A stretch of 64,000 nucleotides of DNA from Octopus vulgaris (GCA_951406725.2 OX597816.1:87792001-87856000), one strand, 5' to 3'; numbered from the stretch's first letter, positions 1 through 13,340 are shown. Notes: generated from the letters alone by a model not told the origin. A program made the numbers and translations.

Positions 1-145
1 TGCATAACTGGTACTTATTTAATCGACCCCGAAAGGATGAATGGCAAAGTCGACCTCGGCGGAATTTGAACTCAGAACATAGCGGCAGACGAAATGCCGC
101 AAAGCATTTCGCCCGGCTTGCTAACATTTCTGCCAGCTCGCCGCC
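1..145 (-). mobile_element. tRNA-derived SINE, family A (Deu/Nin-domain-like core), cut by window edge
   Basis: Reverse complement reads GGCGGCGAGCTGGCAGAAATGTTAGC (A box)...GAGTTCAAATTCC (B box)...CATCCTTTCGGGGTCGATTAAATAAGTACCAG; the same sequence recurs many times in the window. Confidence 0.85.
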
Positions 146-523
146 GCAACAACCTTGCTTGGACTTGTACCTCAAAGGGGAACTTTCTAGATGTAATCCC
201 GTGGTCATTCATGACCAAAGGGGGTCTTTACTTTTCTTTATATACATATATACATGTGTCTGTGTGTGCATATCTGTATGTGTATATATAGCTGTGTGTG
301 AGTATGTGTTTGATGTATATGTTTATCTATTTGTGTATGCATAAGCAGTATGTATCTAGAACTATTCTTCTTAGTCTACTTGACTCTTGTTTTTTTTCAC
401 TTTTTTTACTGTTACCATTTAAATGTTTACTTAGTGTCATGTCTGTATTGTATAGTAAGTACAAGCTTGGTTAATGCCCTGGTGGTTAGTAGTTTATTCC
501 AAGTTTACTATTGCTTTTCATCT

Positions 524-580
<57 letters not shown>

Positions 581-933
581 ACCTGTCAGTTCCATCAGTT
601 TGGCTCTCAGGTAGTCTTTTTTTTTTTTTCTTTTTCTGTTTCTGATGTCTGTCTGTGTTTATGTTCATGTATCGGGAAGTTTGTGATGCTTGTTGTTGTT
701 ATTAAAAACAGACTGGTTTGAAGACAACTGTGGTTAACTTCCCAAATCTTCTTACTGCTCTGAGATAGAAAAGAAAAGGCGCAAGAAAGAGGAATCGGCA
801 GCAACACTTTAATCATTGTCAAAATAACTACAGTCTTGATAGCTATTTTTCATCACAAGATGTTATTCTTTATAATATTAATAATAATAATAATAATAAT
901 TTTCAACTTCAATGTGGTTATTGCTAGTTGAAA

Positions 934-965
<32 letters not shown>

Positions 966-973
966 TACTAAGA

Positions 974-1640
974 AGGTGGTGAGCTGCCAGAATAGTTAGC
1001 ACGCTGGACAAAATGATTAGCAGTATTTCACCTGTTGCTTCATTCTGAGCTCAAATTCTGCCGAGGTCAACTTTGCCTTTCATCCTTTCAGGGTTGATAA
1101 ATTAAATACCAGGAAAATACTGGGGTCAATGTAATCGACTTACCCCTCCCTCAAAATTTCTGGCCTTGTGCCTACAGTTAAAAGGATTATTATTATTATT
1201 ATTATCATTATTATTATTATTATTATTAAGGCATTGAACTGGTAGAATGATTAGCACACTGAGCAAAATGCTTAGTGGCATTATTTCTGTCTTAACGTGT
1301 TCTGAGTTCAAATTCTGCCAAGGCAGAATTTCAACCTTCCAGGGTCAATAAATTAAGTACTATTTGAGTACTGGGGCACAGTTGATGTAATCAACTTAAG
1401 CTCCTCTCTCATAACTTCAGCAGCTTTCTGGCTTGCCAGCCCTCAGTCAAACCATCCAACCCATGCCAGTATGGAAAGCGGATGTTAAACAACGATGATG
1501 ATAATGATGATGTGCCTATAGTAGTAAGGATTATTATTATTATTATAATTGAGGTGGTGAGCTGGCAGAATTTTTAGCATGTCAGGTAAAATGCTTAGTG
1601 GTCTTTCATCCATCCTCACATCCTGAATTCAAATTCCATG
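974..1640 (+). mobile_element. Cluster of three decayed family A SINE copies separated by (TTA)n, plus an RTE-type tail fragment (about 1420-1510)
   Basis: Repeated gagctg(c/g)cagaa...ctgagttcaaattc..caactttgcctttcatcctttc motifs with CpG decay. Confidence 0.8.
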
Positions 1641-2917
1641 CAGTGGGATGATCCTGGGACCTTGTAATAATGAAGAGGACTTTATAACCATCTGGGAATA
1701 CATGTGTGTGTGTGTATGCATTGGCAGACAGGCATCGGTATGTGGTTTAGAACTTTGCTTCCTAACAACCACATGATTTCAGGTTCAGTCTCACTGCATG
1801 GTACCTTGGGCAATATTTTCTACTATAGCTGTCATGTGATTGTTGTAAATAAATATCATTCATTCCTAATCTTCAGTGAAAATATGCTGGCCTTGGGGAA
1901 ATATTACCTTGCATGGAAAGAGTTAAGAGTTGATGACAGGAAGGGCATCCAACCATAGAAAATCTTCCTCCATATATTCCATCTGACTCATGCAAGCATG
2001 CATATGTGGAAGTAAAATGATATGATGGTGATATATAATGCTTGTAAAACAGTTGTGGAGAGATGTGATTGGAATTGAGATATTTCTGCTGTAGTGTGTA
2101 TGATTTAGTAGGTCAAGGAATTCAAACACAAGTTCCTCTCCCATTGGTCTCATTAAAATTGTTAATGAAAACCATGTGGAAGCACTTCAGACCCTAACAG
2201 GTTTACCAACATGCATCAGTTGTCATGTATTCATTCCCGTGAGACATTTTGGTTTATTTAGAATCTAAGATTACAATCAACTCCATAAAAAAAAAAAAAT
2301 CGTGATGTTAAAAAAAAAAACCCCAACCATTTTGCTCTATTTACATTTGGTAAAATAGATTATTGTTTTTGTTTTGTTCCTTTAGTTTACTTGTTTCCTT
2401 TTCTTACTTTTTAAATTTCTTTTTATTTTCATGTAGCTTTGTTTGTTTGTTTATTTATTTTATACACTTTGGAAATGTTGAACAGAATGTTTTACATAAC
2501 CAATCTGCCCCTGTAATTTCGCTTATGGCTTACAGTGTAGTGTTGTGTTGTCTGCAGGAAATGTATGCATTGTAGTAATCAGGTTTTGAAATTTAGAAGG
2601 AACTATTACTTTACATAACTTTTTTATGTTTTTAACTTTTTTTTTTTATTTTTCTGGTTTTCTTTTTAATATTTTTGTGTATTTTAAATTACAGCACAGA
2701 GGGCAGATGACAAAATTGATAGAACATTATATAAAATATATTTTGTATTTGGTTATGTTCTGAGTTCAATTCTTGTCTTGGTCTGCTTTGCCTTTCGTCC
2801 TTCTGTTGTTGATCAAATGAATACCAATGAAGAAAATAAAGACTATGAATATTGTAGAGTTTTGCAACTTATTTTAGGCTATGAGAATGCCAGTAGAATG
2901 ATACCAGTAGAAGAATG

Positions 2918-2957
<40 letters not shown>

Positions 2958-3316
2958 TCTGATGCGTTAGTGAAGTTGGTTTTTCATTTAGGACATCTTA
3001 GTAACCAGAGCTACAAATTAACAACTGACCATCCCTATTGATTTGAGTGACTGGTGGAATTATGTGTAATGATAGTTATGCCATTTCTAGTATCTTAGCT
3101 GCTTAAAATAGTTATTAGTTGGAATCACATTTAGATTGTTGATTTAATTCTCTGAGACCTTTCTTCTTCTACCATATTCATTGAAGACTGCATATATATG
3201 TTTTTATCCATATGTATGTGTGTCTGCATGTAGTGAGAATTTACAGAAAAAAAAATTGAAGTCAGGTGTGTAAACAACAAACAGATGTATTAGTTTAACA
3301 CTTGGGAAGTGAGAAA

Positions 3317-3348
3317 GTCTTTTGCGTTTCGAGCCTATGCTCTTCATT
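3317..3348 (-). ncRNA. Degenerate minimal hammerhead ribozyme-like motif
   Basis: Minus strand: aaTGAA-GAGC-ATAG-GCTC-GAAA-CG-caaaagac; same layout as the 29300-29334 motif, but the CUG start and the cleavage triplet are altered. Confidence 0.45.
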
Positions 3349-4494
3349 GTGGTGATAGTCAGTGGAGTTTGTATTCTTAAATGTTGAAGAAAGACAAAGG
3401 AATATATTTTCTTTCTTCAGAGGAGCATATAAGTTTTGTAATCTGTGGTATATGTATATATAGCAGGAGTGAGAGGCAGACAGAGCAACTGCCCCTTCTA
3501 CTACAGCCTCACTCAGTTGAAGGATTTAAAAAAAATTTTTTTGTCTTGCAAGTTACTTGGCAATCTCACTAGTGCTGATGTCACAAACGAAGTGCCCAAT
3601 ACCCTCTTTAAAGTGGTTGGTATTAGGAAGGGCATCCAACCATAGAAAACATGCCAAAGCAGACATTAGGAGTAGAGCTTGACACTGTCCTCTGATTCAT
3701 TGGATCCTGTCAACCCAGCCAACCCAAGCCAGCATAGAAGGACGTTAACTCACATTGCTAATTATTTATGTATGTATGTATCATTAGAGAGCAATTCAGC
3801 AGGGTGAGCTGCCACTTAGACATGTCCAGTGGATGAGGGTGCTCAATTCCAATTTTTCTTATTATTCACATTCTTAACATTTGGCATTAATAGATATAAT
3901 AATAGTTATTATTCAGTAGTCTTATTTTCATCACATGCTTTCACTGCACTGCCAAGTGCAGCTCTGTGCTGTGGTTTGTTGTGATTCTCTTATTATTACT
4001 GTATTAAAAATGTTTTATGTAGGATGTATGCGGTGCTTAGTGCTGTTTTCTGTATGTTATATATACTTGTTAGTCCCGGTGTTTTTGTCATGTATTTGTC
4101 TGAATATTTTTATTATTATAACTCAAGGAAGAAAGAGGTATCATACTGAGTTTCCCTAGCAACACAACTTGTAGACAGTAGTGTCTTGGCAATATAGCTG
4201 ATGTATTTGTTTTGCATTTACCATAAGATGTATGCATAGAATTGAAAAAAAATGCACTTGATTAATTTGTTTAAACTAGTCTAAAATTCTGATAATTGTC
4301 ATTTTTATTAATTGTAGATCTAAAACTGAGGATTTCAATCCTTGGTGATTGTTTGTTTAGCCCTAGATCAGTCTTGTTCAAATAGACTTTTGATCAAATA
4401 CATTCTAGCCTTTACCATTCCGTGTTTTATTCAAACAACGTATCCATGACTACCTTATCATATTCCATTTTTAAAATGGTAAGATGTCATTTTG

Positions 4495-4850
4495 AACTGT
4501 TTCAGTCATTGGATTGTGGTCATCCTGGGGCACTGTATTAAAGGGTTTAGTCAAACAAATCAGCCCTAATGCTTATTTTCATGTCTGGTACTTATTCTAC
4601 TGGTGAACCACTAAGTTACAATGACGCCAAAAACATCAGTTTTAAAGTAGTGGTAGGGGACAAATACAAAGAGAGACATGCACACATTTGACAGGCTTCT
4701 ATACATTTTCCATCTACTAAATTTACTCACACAGCATTGTTTGCCCAGGGCTATAGTGGAACACATTGATCCAAGGTGCTGTGCAGTGGAATTGAACCTG
4801 AAAGCACATGGTTGCAAAGCAAGCTTCTTAAATACACAACCATTCGTGTG
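4495..4850 (-). mobile_element. Decayed family C SINE (CORE-like, tRNA-derived)
   Basis: Colinear with the intact copy at 59775-60187 (gtttcagtcatt..ctggggcac..ctaagtta..ggggacaaa..ggcttct..ccaaggtgc..gcagtgg..aagcaagcttctt). Confidence 0.7.
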
Positions 4851-5608
4851 CCTGAACATATATTGATTGGCAATTGACCCTATTAATTGGTTATTGGATA
4901 TTGATTAGTGTGTTTGTGTTTAGATTGATTTTATTGATTTATAATATGAGACTAGCTAGAATGTGCTTTCCTTGAGGTTCATACCTGGAAAAAGAGCTAA
5001 ACTTGATGTTACAGGAACCAAATACTGCAGCCTGATTTATTGTCTTTTGTATTCCATTCTGTATTAAATAGTAACAGCAAAGTGGCTGGAACTTCAGAGA
5101 TTTATGTGTCTTGTCTGGATACGAACTGACATTCATGTCTCTCATAAATATATGTTAGAAGTGCTTAAGACATTTCTACATCTACATATATTCAAGAAAA
5201 TTTACTTCTACTACTCATGGTCAACTTGACTATTTGTGCATATATGTGTGTGTATATGTATGTGCATGTGTGTGTGTGTGTGTGTATATATATGTATGTA
5301 TGTTTACATATATTTGTATACATTTATATATTTATAGGTCTGTATATTTGTATTTAAATGTTCCAGTTTTTCAGTGAAAGTATATTTTTTTTATTTAAGC
5401 TGTATTCTTTTCTCACAAATTGAGTTTTACACCTTTCAGGGAAGAACAATCCAGTGTTCTGGCTGATTTTTATGTATTTCAGAGTTGTTTTTTTAAATTT
5501 TTTATTGATGGCTATCATTTTTATTGGCTGTTTTTAATATTGTTTTATTGAGATATTATCTCTAGTTTCCATCATTTCCAATATATATAATGTGTGTGTG
5601 TGTGCGTT

Positions 5609-5665
<57 letters not shown>

Positions 5666-5752
5666 CAATACAATCAAGGAAGATCAATGCATAGAATGCC
5701 AGAAATGGCTAGGTACAATAACATAGAGTTCATAGTGAGGTGTGTATATATG

Positions 5753-5790
<38 letters not shown>

Positions 5791-5806
5791 CGTATGTAAA
5801 TTTGTG

Positions 5807-5866
<60 letters not shown>

Positions 5867-5946
5867 AATGGATGTTTGTGTGTGTATATATATATATGTG
5901 TGTGTGTGTGTATATATGTGTGTGTGTGTATATATATATATATATA

Positions 5947-6410
5947 ATCAAGGAAAGGTAATAAACCTCATTAAGGGATCATAAATCCAATGAAAATACT
6001 GGTTAGTTACTAATCCATAGTAAGTTCAACTATAAGGTAACCATAAAAACCGTGGTTCATATATTTATATATTTAAAGAATAAGAAGAAAATGGAGAGGT
6101 AATTAATAAAATTATTTATTAATTATAAAATATGACAGCATCTCTGGCAGTTGTTTCGTTTCAGAAATCTTTAGATAATTAAATTATAAAATTAAAATCA
6201 TTATAAGATGAATCTCTTCAAAGGTAGTAAAGATATACCGATTAGAAATACATGATGAGATAATGGCTATAAAAGAGATTCATCTTATAATGATGTTAAT
6301 TTTATAAATTAATTATCTAAAGATTTCTGAATCGAAACAGCTGTCAGAGACATCATATTTTATAATTAAATAATTTTACTAATTACCTCTCCATTTTTCT
6401 CCTTATTCAT
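5947..6410. mobile_element. Non-coding element between (TA)n tracts, with a 140-bp inverted repeat carrying hammerhead-like cores (PLE pLTR-like)
   Basis: Arms 6078-6218 and 6273-6408 are reverse complements. The right arm has GATTCA(6277-6282)...TGAATC-GAAA-C-AGCT-G-TC(6328-6345). The left arm on the minus strand has TTGAAGA-GATTCA...CGAAACAACTGCC. Confidence 0.6.
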
Positions 6411-6659
6411 TATATATATATATGATTGATTGATTGATATATATATATATATATATATATAATTGAAAATAAATGTCCAACCGTACTCCATGTTAACTCC
6501 AAATTTTGTCAATTATCTATTCACATATGGCAGATGCCCAAACACAAACCTGGAAGTACGTATAATACTTACTACTGGTTAGCACAGGGTAAATCTGAAG
6601 GTGGATGAACTTTACCCTGTACTCTACTATGTTCTTAACAGAGTATATCATAACTACAT

Positions 6660-6800
6660 ACATCATCATCATCATCATCGTCGTTTAACGTCCGTTCTCC
6701 ATGCTAGCATGGGTTGGACGGTTCGACCGGGGTTCTGGGAAGCCAGAAGGCTGCACCAGGCTCCAGTCTAAATTTGGCAATGTTTCTACAGCTGGATGAT
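6660..6800 (-). mobile_element. SINE/LINE 3' tail fragment (RTE-type tail ending in (GAT)n)
   Basis: Minus strand catccagctgtagaaac...ccgtccaacccatgctagcatggagaacggacgttaaacgacgatgatg; homologous pieces at about 1420-1510, 1935-2030, 3560-3750 and 16488-16650. Confidence 0.7.
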
Positions 6801-7297
6801 AAATCTGTGTGTTTAAATGTATATATGTAAATCTGTTTGTGTATATATTTCAGAGTGTGTATGTATATGTGTATACATACACATACTCACATTTATGTAT
6901 AGAGTTGAACATTAATTTCCTCATATTTCCAGACACATGCTTGCTTTCTGTTCTCAGTACTCACCACTTTGCTTTTGTAATATTCATTTCAAATTAGTTT
7001 CTAACTATAATTACTTGGAAAGATTTTACTTCATTTTAATATATAATACTTTATTATATTTGCTTACTCTCTTTGTTTTCTTGATACAATAAACCTTGAA
7101 TGTATTGTGTTTATAATTTCATTTGCAATATGATAAACCTTGTCTTTATTAATATATAATTTCATTTATATTCTGAATATATATATATAAGAAACTATGC
7201 TTTCGTTAATTTGCAACTTTTTGGGACATTTTCTGTATTTTTCATTGTTTTAAATTTAATAAAATTTTGAAGATATATATGTTAGTGTGTGTGTGCG

Positions 7298-7331
<34 letters not shown>

Positions 7332-7568
7332 AGGTTGTATATGCAGGTATATATACATGTATGTGTGTATGTCTATATGTGTGCATATATATTTATATAT
7401 GTTCATGTAATACCTGATACGTCAATGAGATTTTTGTTATCTTATCATCATAAAATATAGATAACATTATTCTACTTTTTTTACTATATATTTGCAGCCA
7501 GTGTGGTGTGGCCATGCTGGATCAGTGCTTCATTATTACATTTCTTAAAAATAACTTCTCTTCTGCAG

Positions 7569-7930
7569 ATCATCGACCAATTGAGTCACGAAACCATCTG
7601 ACTACGGCTGAATTTATTCCGACTCCCATTTTTATCGGTTCGCTGGTTTTTGTCTTCCTGTTGGCAAGTGGGCTTGGTTTCATTGTCGGTTTTAAAGTGA
7701 GCACCTGCAAAGATTCTCAGGACAATGACTCGACGATTGATGATGCTACGGCAAATCTGCGTGTCCACCAAGAAAATGACCACTACTACGCCAAACCAGA
7801 TAATCGTGCTCCGACGAAATACAACAACTACTGGGACGGCTCTCCAAGAGCTGGCAAAGTACCAAACAATGGTTCTGAATTCCGACCTGTGAACACTTAT
7901 ACAAATGTCAAAGGGAAGACCTATTTATAG
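7569..7930 (+). CDS. Terminal coding exon of a single-pass membrane protein, semaphorin-1a-like (TM helix plus cytoplasmic tail)
   Basis: Pyrimidine-rich acceptor ...cttctcttctgcag ends at 7568 (phase 1). The open frame reads DHRPIESRNHLTTAEF-IPTPIFIGSLVFVFLLASGLGFIVGF(TM)-KVSTCK...HYYAKP...NVKGKTYL*, stop TAG at 7928-7930. It is GC/CpG-richer than the flanks. The GFxxG end of the TM, the YAxP motif and the KxYL terminus recall invertebrate Sema-1a tails (from memory, not searched). The exon call is firmer than the family identity. Confidence 0.75.
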
Positions 7931-10029
7931 CCAAGTGAAAAATGGAAAGAAAAAAAAAAACTAATAAAGAAATAAAAAACAAAAATAAAATATAAATAAC
8001 AAAAGCAAAAAAATCCAAATAACCAAAATAAAACAAAAAATACAAAAATGAAACAAAAACAAAAAAATATCTAAAGGGGGAAAGACACAACTCCACTGTG
8101 AAAGGAGAGGGGGGACTTTCATTATCAGTAATTAAGAATTATTATGATTGATCACTGTCATCATAATTATTGATTATTTATGATTACAGCTATGATTTCT
8201 TTTTTAATGTCTTAGTCAGTTCCTATTATCATTATTACTATTATTTATTATTATCAATATTATTTTTATTTTTATTATTATGATTATTTTAATGAAAGGG
8301 AAGATGGAGATTTTAGCAGAAATACTTGAGAGCTGCATCAGTTTTTTAGTCTTGTCTCTCTCTCTCTCTCTCTTTATATATATATTGCTATCTTCATTCT
8401 GTGTTCAAATCCCACCAGTGGTAGTTATTTTGTTTTGTTTTGTTTTTTTGCCTTTCATTCCTCTGGTGTTGGTACTGGTGGCTGTGGCAAAAGGTTGATA
8501 AAAACATGTACCCAGTTGATAAAAAATAAGTACCCCCTTATAACATTAAATGTTGGTAGTGTTCATTCAATCAACTATTAATTATTAACTAAAGCTCTTC
8601 TCTTGAACTATTGGGCTTTGTGCTTATATAAAGAGGAGGAGGAGGAGGGGATGATGAAGGAAAAAAATAAACATTGCCAAATAATAAAAAAGAAAGAAAA
8701 GTCTTTTTGTTTTTCTGGCTCCTGGTAAACCTTCTTCAGTGATAAGAATTTTGGCAACCCAGTTTCAGTTCCTGTTTGTAACTGTTTCACATGTATTTAA
8801 CACATCACTTTTCTTTCTTTTTTATCTTTACTTTTTTATCTTTGCTCCAGAGGTGGGAAAGGCTGGAAGGTAAAAAAAAAATACTATTATAATTAATATA
8901 GAATGACCATAAATATCAAGGTGTTACCATTTCTCTCACTACATGCCTAACCCTATAGAATACACATAAACCTTCCCTTTAGAACTTTTGCTGGGCTGGT
9001 TGAGGCAAATGAAAATAATAGGAAACAACGTTCATCATCGTCATCATCATGGTGATGGGGTGGCTGTATTGTTAGTGTCAGACAAAATGCCTCGCTATAT
9101 TCTGAGTTCAAATCCCACCGATGTCAACTTTACCTTTCATACTTCTGGGGTCAATAAAATAAAGTATCAGTTATGTGCTGCAGACAACAGAGAATCGACT
9201 ATTTCCTCTTTTCAAATTCATCACCTTGTGCCATTAATTGGAGGAGAAGGAACAGTTGATTCTATATTAATGTCATCATCATTATTATGATTATAATTAT
9301 TATTGTCATCATTATTGTTATGATTATAATTATTATTATCATCATTATTATTATTATTAAATTGGTAAGCTGCCAGAATCATTTGTACATTGGGCAGAAT
9401 GCTTAGTGGTATTTTGTTTGCCTTTACAATCTGAGTTCAAATTCTGCCAAGGTCAACTTTGCCTTTCATCCTTTCAAAGTTGATAAAATAAGTACCAGCT
9501 GAGCACTGGGGTTGATGTATTCAACTAGCTCCTTCCTCCAAAATTATTATTATTATTATTATGACTACTATAAATATTTTTTCTCTTTTTTTGATTGATC
9601 TTTAACCTCATCTTTTTCTGCTTCTCAATGTCTTATATTTTCTTACTAAAAGAAAAGATAATATTTATGTTCCTTAACAACAACAGCAGCAACAAGAACT
9701 TCAACAAACAAGAAACAAACCCCAACTACAATCAAAATAAATTTATAATTAATTCAGAAGAGAAAATACAAAAGTGATACATACACAGAGTATATATATA
9801 TAGATATATGTATATATAATATGAGTATATCTGCTGTTTTTCATCTTGCTTGCATTTTTTTTTCTCCATTAATTTTGTCAAGTGTGAGGAAGTAGAAGTG
9901 CTTAAGAAGGGGAATGATGTTGATATGATCATTAATAAACATTAGTGTATCCCTGCTACTTTCCTGATTGGGTGTCATATGAATGAGAAGATTCATCGAT
10001 ACATGCTGCAGAGGTTGAAATTGAAACGA

Positions 10030-10076
10030 GTTTCACCTGAAGATCACACAGTAGCTTGAAACTTGAGTCATGAGAC
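10030..10076 (+). ncRNA. Degenerate type I hammerhead ribozyme-like motif
   Basis: GTTTCAC-CTGAAGA(10037-10043)-tcacacagtagctt-GAAA-C-TTGA-G-TC-ATGAGAC; stem I GTTTCA/TGAGAC pairs, stem II is decayed. Confidence 0.55.
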
Positions 10077-10125
10077 AAACTCTCAGCTTCATTTTCAATT
10101 AAAGAAAAACTTTATATATAAATTG

Positions 10126-10390
10126 TATAAAGGATCATAGGTGAGGCCAGAACAATGCGAAGTAAAAGCAAAAAGCAAATCACAAGAAAACAAATATGTG
10201 AATTAATGTAGACTTACTTTGCATTCAATATTTTGGGGTTATGATCTCATCCTCAAGAAATCAATGAATGGGTTCATAACCCCGAAATATTGAATGCAAG
10301 GTAAGTCTACATTAATTCACATATTTGTTTTCTTATGATTTGCCTTGCTTTTAATTCACATTTTTCAGGCCTTACCCACAATCCTTTATA
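10126..10390. repeat. About 118-bp-arm inverted repeat with a central hammerhead-like remnant
   Basis: Arms 10126-10244 and 10274-10390 are reverse complements (aagaaaacaaatatgtgaattaatgtagacttac / gtaagtctacattaattcacatatttgttttctt). The centre has aTGAAT-GGGTT-CAT-AACCC-C-GAAATATTG. Confidence 0.8.
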
Positions 10391-12927
10391 TAATATATTC
10401 TACACAATGCTTCATAGTAACTATTCCATAAATATATGTATATTTATATATAGTGACAAAGGTGGTCCTCAGATGTGTTTGATCATAACTGAGTCAGGTC
10501 TCAGCTGAGGCTGAATGATGTGCAGAAAAGATTCACAGCCTACTGCTTCCTTTTACTGACCTTCTCATCACTTTTTGCTGTCATTTTGTTGTCTGCATCA
10601 TCCTACCGATCACCCAGTCACTGCTACCATCACCACCTTCATTTACATTAACTGGGAGTTTGCAAGATGCAGAGAGCAAGGAGAGTTTGTAAAGCATGCA
10701 ATTTCTCTCCCCCTTGTAGCTCAGCATCGCATTGGTTGTCACTTTGCACCACCTGAATCAAAGAAATAGCCCCATACTCAGCTGATCAAGATGCTCACCC
10801 TGAAATTATTTCCTGCTGTCTTAAAAGGTAAGGACACATTGCCTAATGTAGTTAGAGATATGCTATATCTGGAAATGAATCGAGATAGTTATGGCTGGAA
10901 TGCCTTTAATGATAGGGTTTACTGCTTGATCAAGGTTGAGCGTGGGCCAAACAACTACAACAAACCTTTTTCTACTGCAGCTCCTTCTACTTCATTAGGC
11001 CGTAATTACTAAGGCTAATACCACTATCACCTCTACAACTATCTCCATTGTGAGCTGCTGTGTGTTAAGAGTGGGAAGGAGTCATGGTGGGTGTATAGGG
11101 TTGTTTTGAGTGACTGATGATTAATGAGGCCATCAACATCCGATATTATAACTGCTGTTACTATCACTGCTCTGTGTGTGTGTGTGAGTGATAAACATGC
11201 ATTACCCAATGCATATAGACTGTTCTTGGTTCACTATCACCACAATTACTAGCACCATATTTGCCGTGAGGGTATAGGTGTGATTGTGTGTCTGCAGGGT
11301 GGGAGATATGTAATTAATTAGCTGAACTTCTCTTCATCTCTTTCCACTACTCTCACAACCAAGACCCTGTGAAACTACCTGGCCACTGGTACCATATCTG
11401 CTGTGATATATGATAAGTGTGTGAAGGGCTGAAGAGAGTGGAGTTATTCTGAACCTTTTCCCCATTACACCTGACCAACACTTGAGGTCACTTCATCTGC
11501 TAAAAATAGGAACCAAGTCTCCTTCTAATCACACCATACCATCTTAGAAAAGGATATGTTGGGTTAATGTCCTCCTGGCTTCTTTGTACCCAGGGATGGT
11601 CATGCCTGGAAGCCCTTTGGTCTGCTTGGTCACGGCTGACCTGAAACTGAACAGCTATAACAATCATAACCAAAGAAGCCAATGAGGACCCCTGACATGT
11701 TAGAAATTCAAGCCAAATCTTATTTCATATTGCCATCATGAAAAAAAAAAATGTTATGGTTGAAGCATCTTTGATCATATCTGCTTGTTTCAGTGTGATC
11801 CAGAGCTAAGCATCCTCACCATGATCCAATCACTTTTGTCTGTGATCATCCCTTACCATTTTTGATGTGAGATTGTGTATATATATTAAAGAGTAGTGAT
11901 AGTAGATGGAGTGGGGAGAGGGTATCATTGATTCCCTTTCCACTCCTTTTCTCAATACACTTGACTGCTTTTATGATGACTAACACCATCATTATTATAT
12001 TAACTCTGACTAATACTATTAACATCTTGATGTGTAGGTGTAGTAAAGGGTACCATGACTGTTATGTAGCTTATTGTTTGACCTCCTCCTCTTACCTGAC
12101 TGACACTCCTACTACCACAATAGGGACTTCCACCACCATTATCATTATCATCATCGTCATCAACACTGCTTCTACTGCAACTAATCCCAACATTCATTGT
12201 GTCTAGTACGAGATTGTACCAGAGGTTTATGTACTTAATTAATTAACAAATATACTCATCATCACATTTATCAATACTGAGCGACTACTGACCAACCATT
12301 CTATCCACTCAAGACTGTATTAACATTATTATAGGCCACAAAGCAATGCACTAGAGCCTCTATCCACACATCTGTGGCATACATAGCTTAGCGTTGGACA
12401 CCTTAGACCTATGGGATTCCCAAATAACAGCTCAGGGTTTCCATGCCTTATTGCAGCACTGCTATCCAATGATCACTAACCACCTAAAACTACAGTTGCT
12501 ATAGCTACTCACCCATCAACTGTGACTAATCAAAGTGACTCTTATAAAGTTTGCTATGAGCACAGGTAATATTTTGAGGACCAATGATGTTTGAACTTTT
12601 TGATGAAGGAATCTTTCTGAATTGTTGGATAATTTTGGCCCCTATTCATATTAAAATTAAAATGCTTATTTTGTGAGATTTAAAATTTTGTTTTCTTCTT
12701 TTTTTTTTTTAATACAGTACATCGAGTTGTATATCTGTAGTATCACTACTGGGGTGAGGCCTACCACTACACATTCACATGAATGGATTCTTTGTAATGG
12801 TCATAACTATGTTAAAGTACATCCTAGGTGTTCATATATTCACATGAGCATATTTATACATGTTTGAATATATGTTTATCTATACGTGTGTGTGTGTGTG
12901 TATATATATTTCATTACCAAGGATAGT

Positions 12928-12983
12928 ATTGACAGTACTTTGATGATGGCTTGGACGTTTGAAACTTCGATGTCACTGTTAAT
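12928..12983 (+). ncRNA. Degenerate hammerhead ribozyme-like motif
   Basis: A 9-bp closing stem ATTGACAGT/ACTGTTAAT encloses tTGATGA...GAAA-C-TTCGAT-G-TC. Confidence 0.5.
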
Positions 12984-13189
12984 CATATTCTTGTTGAAGA
13001 ATAATGAATTTGTACTCCACCTAATGTAGAGAAATCCTTCAGTTTAGTGTAAAACTATTTTTTATTATTACATAGAAACAAACATTAATACATATTACTG
13101 AACATGCATACAGAATGTATGTGCTTTGCTTGTCTGCCAGCCGGCTGCGATTTAACATGGAGGAGATGACTCTTTCAAAGTGCTGTAAT

Positions 13190-13222
<33 letters not shown>

Positions 13223-13340
13223 CGATCACGCAAATGTGCATTTATACATGCACACATGCTTATCTGTGTGCATGTATATGTGCATTCACATACTTAAATG
13301 CATATTTTAAGGTATGTAACGTCAGTGATATATCTTTTAA

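Noticed and set aside
590-2512. Candidate microexons at about 590-610 (21 nt) and 2486-2512 (27 nt, NVLHNQSAP)
   Set aside because: Splice sites are weak, and the 27-nt candidate has a stop in the phase required by the terminal exon; cannot be supported without RNA data.
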